Shown here one piece after another: positions 35,236-40,056 of a DNA stretch of 40,056 nt. This DNA is from a virus (Duplodnaviria; Caudoviricetes). The stretch lies in the IMG/VR virus record IMGVR_UViG_3300037851_000368, positions 1-40,056 of that record, one strand, 5' to 3'. The position numbers and the translations under genes are program-made. The notes under the pieces are model-generated. The model had not been told where the DNA came from. It searched no databases and saw only the letters and a program-made list of their open reading frames with translations. Numbering within the stretch: the stretch's first letter is position 1; the number at the start of each line of letters is the position of its first letter.

Positions 35236-35978
35236 GCGGTCGGAAGGGTCAGGCGGAGGTAGTCGCTGCTGTGCTGGTACGGGCGACAGAAGGGGTCCGG
35301 CGGGTGGCCCGCGCTGCCGCCGAAGCGGTAGTTCGGCGGGCGGTAGAGCGCCTTGACGTCGCCCTGGTGGGCAAAGGTGCCCGGCGGGGCGTCTTCGTCC
35401 CGCACGAAGAAGGCGTTCACCCCGGTCGACTCGACGTAGACCAGGGTATAGCCACGCTTTCGGCCCAGGGCGACCATCGCCCGCAGGCTGGCCCCGAAGT
35501 AGTCGGACCCGTCCCACTGGAAGACGCGGTGGATTGGGATCACCTTGTCGAGCGACGGGCCGAGCTTGCTATTGTGCTCGATGCAGACAACGCGGGGCCG
35601 GATCGTCGGGGCCAGGCTGTGCCAGAGGTGGAAGTCGTTGCCGTCGACGTCGATCGACAGGAAGTCGAGGTCGTCAGGGAGCTGGTCCTCCCGCCACAGG
35701 GCGTTGATGGTGCCCGGCAGGACCAGGCGTTGCCGGAACCAGCTGCCGATCTCGATGCCGTCGCTTGAGGTGTACTCGTTGCTGTCCCAGCACAGGGCCT
35801 GCCAGCCGGCCTCCTTGAGCGCCCGGGTGTTGCACTGGTCGGGGTGAGCCCCGAACTCGAGGGACTGGCGGTTGGTCGTCCCGATGCGGCCGAAAATGGT
35901 GGCGATCACGCCGTCTTCCCCGTTCTGGGAGAAGAGGCGGGCCTCGGTGGTCGAGAGGTCGAGCGGCGTGTCCGTCAT
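35232..35978 (-). CDS. FkbM-related SAM-dependent methyltransferase
   Basis: SQNGEDGVI..IF, LEFGA, DFLSIDVDGND, RPRVVCIEHN, YFGASL.A...LG..RGY, GVNAFFVR. Confidence 0.82.
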   Translation of the reverse strand: MTDTPLDLSTTEARLFSQNGEDGVIATIFGRIGTTNRQSLEFGAHPDQCNTRALKEAGWQALCWDSNEYTSSDGIEIGSWFRQRLVLPGTINALWREDQLPDDLDFLSIDVDGNDFHLWHSLAPTIRPRVVCIEHNSKLGPSLDKVIPIHRVFQWDGSDYFGASLRAMVALGRKRGYTLVYVESTGVNAFFVRDEDAPPGTFAHQGDVKALYRPPNYRFGGSAGHPPDPFCRPYQHSSDYLRLTLPTA

Positions 35979-36553
35979 GTGGCGTCCCCCTCCAGCGCGG
36001 CCTCCACCAGGCCGCAGATGATGTGTTCGATGGCCAGATGCGCCTCTTGGATTAGGGCGGTATCGTCGGACGGAACGACCAGAGAATCCACGCGGTCGTC
36101 CTGTGCCAACAGACCGCCGTCGCGGCCCAGCATGGCGACCACCGGGCAGGCGGCCGCATTCACGGCGAACTGGATGGCCAGTCCCTCCCCGCTGGTGCTG
36201 TGGATCACCAGCAGGTCGTCGGGGCGCGTGAAGGCCACAAGCTGCCGACTGAACACAACGGGGTACCCGTAGTCGTTGCCGATCGCGGTCAGGACACTGG
36301 TGTCCGTGGTGAGCGCCACGGCCCGGTACGGCCGCCGGCCGCGCCGGAACCGCCCGACGTACTCCGCGGCGACGTGCTGGCAGGTCGCCGCGCTGCCACC
36401 GTTGCCGATGAAGTAGAGAGTGCCCCCGGCGCGGAGGGCCTGGGTGTAACGGTCGGCCCGGCGCTGGATCGCGGCGGCCCACTCGTCCGTGTGCAGCCGG
36501 GAGAACAAGACCGCCCGGTCGGCCATCGTGGCGGTCATCGGCAGTCGGCTCAT
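35975..36553 (-). CDS. gmhA: Phosphoheptose (sedoheptulose-7-phosphate) isomerase, SIS domain
   Basis: GNGGSAA.CQH.AAE.VGRF...R, TAIGNDYGY..VFSRQL, STSG, IQEAH...EH.IC..VE; the His/Glu/Gln/His metal ligands are present. Confidence 0.88.
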   Translation of the reverse strand: MSRLPMTATMADRAVLFSRLHTDEWAAAIQRRADRYTQALRAGGTLYFIGNGGSAATCQHVAAEYVGRFRRGRRPYRAVALTTDTSVLTAIGNDYGYPVVFSRQLVAFTRPDDLLVIHSTSGEGLAIQFAVNAAACPVVAMLGRDGGLLAQDDRVDSLVVPSDDTALIQEAHLAIEHIICGLVEAALEGDAT

Positions 36554-36750
36554 GGGGTCGCCTCCTTCTCGATGGTGTCGGCCCAGTCCTCAATCAGCCG
36601 ACAGACCCCGGCACCGTAGTTCAGCGCCACGACCACGGCCCGCAGGGTGGCAACGATGGTTTCCGGGTCGTGGGTCGCAACGGTGCCGCCACCGAACGAG
36701 TAGCGGTTGTCCACCAGTGCCCGGATCGCGGGCGGCAAGGGGTCACTCAC
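36550..36750 (-). CDS. Hypothetical protein
   Basis: GAGG SD; ATGA-coupled to gmhA. Confidence 0.55.
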   Translation of the reverse strand: MSDPLPPAIRALVDNRYSFGGGTVATHDPETIVATLRAVVVALNYGAGVCRLIEDWADTIEKEATP

Positions 36751-36768
36751 GGGGTCGCCTCTGGCCCG

Positions 36769-37164
36769 TCATGCGGCCTCATCGGTCAGCACATGCAGGG
36801 TGAGTTCTACGCGGGGGTTGGCCTTGTCCCACGACTTCGTGAACGTGCCGCACCGGATCTGCCGGTCGTTCCCGAGGATGCCCGCGTCCTCGAGCGCGTC
36901 GTTGACGGCCGCCATGAGGTTGTCGGCATCCGGCTCGCTCCGCCCGTCACGCAGATAGAACCGATACCCCACGGACACCGGCCCCGCGAGCGCGGGCAAC
37001 GGCCCCCGCGGCCCCCGCCACTGCTCGCGCAGCGCCCGCACGGCGTCCCGGTGCCAGACCTGGTTCGCCTGCGACGGCAGGACGAAGGGGCGGCCGGTGG
37101 CGGTACGGGCGATCCGCAGGCTGTTCTTCTTCGAGCGCGGGCGGCCCGGAATGGTCAGGATCAC
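36769..37164 (-). CDS. rusA: RusA-family Holliday junction resolvase
   Basis: IPGRP.SKKNS, PDADN, DAL..AGIL.NDRQI, PRVE. Confidence 0.88.
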   Translation of the reverse strand: MILTIPGRPRSKKNSLRIARTATGRPFVLPSQANQVWHRDAVRALREQWRGPRGPLPALAGPVSVGYRFYLRDGRSEPDADNLMAAVNDALEDAGILGNDRQIRCGTFTKSWDKANPRVELTLHVLTDEAA

Positions 37165-38207
37165 AGGTTGTTCCGCTCTTCCCACGCCGCCCGCTGCTCC
37201 GAGACTGGGTCGGACAGTTGCCCACGGTCGAACCGGAGCCGAACCACCCGCCCATTCTGCTCACCGTCGAGCCGATGCTTCAGCACATGGAAGCCGACGC
37301 AGTTGGGTTCGAGGAAGTCCCGCACCTGTTTCTGGCCGGTACGGATGTCGGCTTCCTCGTCGCGGCTCAGGGTGCGGGACAGGGGCCGGAACACGCCAAG
37401 CGCCACGTCGCACTCCTGCCGGATCACCTCGCCGCCCTGGATGGAGGACGGCCGGGGCGGCCGATAGGGCGCCAGCGGGTCACCATCGCCCCGATTGAGT
37501 TGGGCGGCACAGAGAACCGGAATGCGGAACTCCTTGGCCAGCTCCTTGAGGAGCTGGCAGATCCGCACCAGGGCGTGGTAGCCGTCCCGGTGGCCGGTCA
37601 TCTGCAGCCGGTGCAGGTGGTCGATCACCACCACCTCGGCCCCGAAATCGGCCGCCTCCTTCATGGTCGCCCGGAGCCCGAGCTCGTCCACGAACGCCCG
37701 CGGGGAGAAGTGCAGGAGCTCCGCCGCCGCCGGGGTCGCCTGCCAGCGGAGGTCGCGCTGCACGGCGTCCTTGGCACCAGGCGGCAACTCCAGCCACTTG
37801 CCGGGGATCACCTTCCGGGGATCGAGCCCCTGCCGAAGCGCCGCCAGGTAGGTCCGCATGATGTCGGCCGGCTGCTCGAGCGGGAGCATCACGACCCGGC
37901 GGCCCTCCCCCAGCCAGGTCGCGATCAGCGACATCAGCGTGGTGGACTTCCCGTTGCCGGTGGCGGCGGCCAGTACCCAGAACTGCCACGGCAGCAGCGC
38001 CCCCACCACGTCGTGCAGGGTGTCCCACGGGAACCGGGGACAGCGGAGGGTGTCCTCCGTGGTGAGTGCCAGCGCCTCGTCGGCCTGCTGTTGGGCGATC
38101 GCCGCGAAGTCGGGGCCGGCCGGGGCCGCCACCGACTGGCGGGGGTCCGGCTCGTGGAGGTAGCCCGTGGCCCGCAGGAACTCATCCACCGCGGGGGTGT
38201 GCTTCAT
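37161..38207 (-). CDS. DnaB-like replicative helicase (C-terminal ATPase domain only)
   Basis: AAATGNGKST Walker A, LEQ, VIDHLH, AQLNR, I.QECD, KHR.DG. Confidence 0.88.
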   Translation of the reverse strand: MKHTPAVDEFLRATGYLHEPDPRQSVAAPAGPDFAAIAQQQADEALALTTEDTLRCPRFPWDTLHDVVGALLPWQFWVLAAATGNGKSTTLMSLIATWLGEGRRVVMLPLEQPADIMRTYLAALRQGLDPRKVIPGKWLELPPGAKDAVQRDLRWQATPAAAELLHFSPRAFVDELGLRATMKEAADFGAEVVVIDHLHRLQMTGHRDGYHALVRICQLLKELAKEFRIPVLCAAQLNRGDGDPLAPYRPPRPSSIQGGEVIRQECDVALGVFRPLSRTLSRDEEADIRTGQKQVRDFLEPNCVGFHVLKHRLDGEQNGRVVRLRFDRGQLSDPVSEQRAAWEERNNL

Positions 38208-38476
38208 GCGGCCTCCCGCCGGCCGGGCCGGGCCACGTCCAGCGTCCAGGGGGTGATCCCCAGGTGCTCGAACTCCTCGTCCTCGATCGCCCGCGCCTGA
38301 CGCCATGCGGCCATCGCGGAGTTCACCTGCCCGGCCGCCAGGTGCTCCTGCGCGGTCATGTCCCAGCAGGCGGCCCGCCACAGCGGGTCGTGCACGTCGA
38401 TCCGGTCGGGGTTCCGGGCGCGGTACCGGCGCCAGACCTCGAGGGCCGGGAACAGGTCATGCTCCCAGCCGCTCAT
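38204..38476 (-). CDS. Hypothetical protein between initiator and helicase
   Basis: ATGA-coupled at both ends. Confidence 0.6.
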   Translation of the reverse strand: MSGWEHDLFPALEVWRRYRARNPDRIDVHDPLWRAACWDMTAQEHLAAGQVNSAMAAWRQARAIEDEEFEHLGITPWTLDVARPGRREAA

Positions 38477-39279
38477 GCGGCCTCCACGACGGGCTTGCCC
38501 CATTCGGCGTAGGTATCGCGGAACCGCTCGGGCGACTGCTTGCTGACCGGGAGAGGCGGCTCCGTCCATCGCGTCCCGTCCAGCCCGTAGTGCCGACCGT
38601 TCCGGCAGTACTCCCGCCACTTCGCCAGGACCACCTCCGCCCCGTCCCGCTCCACAAACGGCTTGAGCACCCGGAGGATGCGTCCGGGTGAGCAGGGGTG
38701 TGGTACGAACTCCTGGTAGACCGCGATGGCCCGTTGGGTCCACGCGGGGTGCTTCTCGCCCGCGGCCGCGAGGCCGTCGGGCAAAGTCTTTTGAGAGTTC
38801 TGTTCTGTTCTGTTCTGTTCTGTTAGTTGAACGAACTTTTTCTTTCCCGTTGAACGGTCGTTGAACGAGGTTGTTGAACGGTCGTTGGGGCTGGAGTCAC
38901 CGCTTGAAGTGGCCGCACCTAACCGTTTGACCGCACTGAGTTTGCCCGCCGCGACGCGCTGCTCTTGGAGGGCGATCTGACGCGCCCGTTCCTGCTCCAA
39001 TCGGTGGTTGATCAGCTTCGTTGGGTCGTCCGGGTGGGGCACCCAGCACTCGGTCAACGGGCTCGTCCACCAGTGATCGACCTCGTGTGTCTCACTCCAG
39101 CTGAACGACCGCACAACGGTCGTTAAACGCTCGTTGGCCGCCGGGATCGACCCGTTCCACCACGCATGACACAGCAGGGTGATGTACGCCCCGCGCTGCT
39201 CCAGGGTCATCTCGGCCACCGCCGTATCCATCAGGAAGTCAGCGGCATGCATCGGGAACCACGGCAGGCGGCCGGTCAT
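38473..39279 (-). CDS. Replication initiator, DUF1376/YdaU-like
   Basis: LPWFPMHAADFL.DT...TLEQRGAYITLL..W..GSIP...NHRLEQE; internal iterons. Confidence 0.82.
   Translation of the reverse strand: MTGRLPWFPMHAADFLMDTAVAEMTLEQRGAYITLLCHAWWNGSIPAANERLTTVVRSFSWSETHEVDHWWTSPLTECWVPHPDDPTKLINHRLEQERARQIALQEQRVAAGKLSAVKRLGAATSSGDSSPNDRSTTSFNDRSTGKKKFVQLTEQNRTEQNSQKTLPDGLAAAGEKHPAWTQRAIAVYQEFVPHPCSPGRILRVLKPFVERDGAEVVLAKWREYCRNGRHYGLDGTRWTEPPLPVSKQSPERFRDTYAEWGKPVVEAA
38797..38887. repeat. Replication origin candidate: iterons plus AT-rich tract inside the initiator gene
   Basis: GTTGAACG x4 (38826, 38849, 38860, 38873), GTTGAACGGTCGTTG x2, (GTTCT)5 at 38797-38821 and a T-rich tract. Confidence 0.75.
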
Positions 39280-39737
39280 GCGGCCCGCTTCTCCTGGCAG
39301 TGGTCGCAGCGCACGGGGTCCGTGCCGGTCTGGCCGCAGTCCTGGCACCGGAACTTGGTCGGGGTGTCCGGGTGCTTCCGCTTCCCCGCCTTCGGCCCCT
39401 TACCGCGGGGTGCCAGTCCGAGCGACCCGTTGAGGGCGTAGACGCTGGCCTTGCTGACCCCGGACGCTTGGGCGACGGCCTCGATCGACTTGCCGGCCCG
39501 GAGCATGGCTTCAGCCTTCGCCTTCCAGGCGCCCCGGCCCTCCGCGGCCTTCCGCTGGCCGTTCTTGCGGGCCTTGGTGGCGCGCTCCGGCATGAGGTGC
39601 ACTGAGGGTCGGGCGGGCGGGGTGGGCACCGGGGCGGCCTCCTGTCGGTTCGCCAGGGCGGTCAGGGCGGTGATCGCGGACTGGATGCGATCGGCCTCGA
39701 GATGGAGCTCACCGAGCACGGCGTCGTAGTCGATCAT
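39276..39737 (-). CDS. Coiled-coil + HTH + C-terminal Zn-ribbon protein
   Basis: GKSIEAVAQASGVSKASVY HTH; CQDC...CDHC. Confidence 0.7.
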   Translation of the reverse strand: MIDYDAVLGELHLEADRIQSAITALTALANRQEAAPVPTPPARPSVHLMPERATKARKNGQRKAAEGRGAWKAKAEAMLRAGKSIEAVAQASGVSKASVYALNGSLGLAPRGKGPKAGKRKHPDTPTKFRCQDCGQTGTDPVRCDHCQEKRAA

Positions 39738-39946
39738 ACAGCCCGCCCTCCCGGGCACTGGCCGTCCGGGTCCGACCACGAGCAACACCAGGTACCCGCG
39801 CACCAGGTGGTTCGGCCGTCCGTGGCGATGAAGTCGCCGCACTTGGGGCAGCGGGCGCCGTCCACCTGCCAGCAGGAACGCTGCGGGGTGTCGCGGTGGC
39901 TTTTTGTGTGGCTCTTTGGGGCCGCGATGGCCAGCCGGTGGTTCAT
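39734..39946 (-). CDS. Small Cys-rich zinc-finger protein (first gene after attP)
   Basis: CPKCG...C...CC; AGGGGG upstream; ATGA-coupled to the next gene. Confidence 0.55.
   Translation of the reverse strand: MNHRLAIAAPKSHTKSHRDTPQRSCWQVDGARCPKCGDFIATDGRTTWCAGTWCCSWSDPDGQCPGGRAV
39896..39917 (+). promoter_or_regulatory. Putative integrase arm-type sites (left arm)
   Basis: Tandem GTGGCTTTTT (39896) and GTGGCTCTTT (39908), about 100 bp from the attP core on the circle. Confidence 0.5.
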
Positions 39947-40056
39947 GAGACTCGCCCCCTGTCAGGCCGCGTCCCCGGTCAGGGGACGCGTGGTGGGCGA
40001 GGTACGGGCGCCGTTTAGTTCACTAGGTTGTAGGTTCGATTCCTACGCGGCGCACT
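39930..40056 (+). repeat. Terminal direct repeat copy 2 (circularity/assembly overlap)
   Basis: Identical to 1-127. Confidence 0.92.

Larger units (their letters stand above)
1..40056. mobile_element. Complete circular temperate phage genome (Caudoviricetes, siphovirus-like, lambda-type terminase and portal)
   Basis: Integrase with attP, repressor, replication, terminase, portal, capsid, tail, tape measure and lysis genes are all present; the ends overlap by 127 bp. Confidence 0.95.

Noticed and set aside
35975-36553. DiaA (DnaA-associating protein), given its proximity to replication genes
   Set aside because: It has the GmhA-type GNGGS and QHxAAE motifs with the catalytic Glu, and is coupled to methyltransferase and GT9 genes.
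33150-36553. DNA base hypermodification (glycosylated-base) system
   Set aside because: No hydroxymethylase, TET/JBP dioxygenase, DNA methyltransferase or phage polymerase is visible to create an acceptor base, and TPRs point to a protein substrate. Disfavoured but not formally excluded.
38797-38821. (GTTCT)5 as a phase-variable contingency repeat
   Set aside because: It encodes the EQNRTEQN-type linker common in phage initiators and lies in the origin region; no sign of frame switching.
39930-40056. 127-bp terminal repeat as a biological direct terminal repeat or attL/attR pair
   Set aside because: The length matches a standard assembler k-mer, the copy is exact and extends well beyond the tRNA core, and a GpA terminase with a cos-like site argues for cohesive ends.

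Overview
The window is one apparently complete, circular genome of a very GC-rich temperate siphovirus-like phage, 39,929 bp of unique sequence. Bases 1-127 are identical to 39930-40056, which looks like an assembly overlap. Nearly all real genes are on the minus strand and form one tightly coupled run starting from a sigma70-like promoter at about 4585-4613. The order is: RHH/Cro-position gene, early genes, SSB, Xis-like gene, tyrosine integrase, attP (3' half of a tRNA, probably Lys), DUF1376-type initiator with iterons, DnaB-like helicase, RusA, a sugar-modification cassette, a gpZ-like gene, a lambda-like cos, TerS/TerL(GpA), gpW-like adaptor, lambda-type portal, protease-capsid fusion, tail genes with a -1 frameshifted chaperone, tape measure, Dit, Tal, lysis genes, a second block of fibre/decoration-like genes including a 20-aa repeat protein, a phosphoesterase and an SPFH protein. 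The only convincing plus-strand genes are an XRE repressor and a Zn-ribbon membrane protein. The strongest candidate for a novel system is the cassette at 33150-36553: GmhA, two FkbM-like methyltransferases and a cleanly split TPR-GT9 glycosyltransferase, suggesting phage-directed heptosylation and methylation of proteins or surfaces. The second is the position of attP inside the lytic transcription unit, so integration would cut the replication and late genes off from their promoter. All family assignments come from motifs recognised by eye, not from database searches. A diderm host, possibly Gemmatimonadota, is a weak inference.
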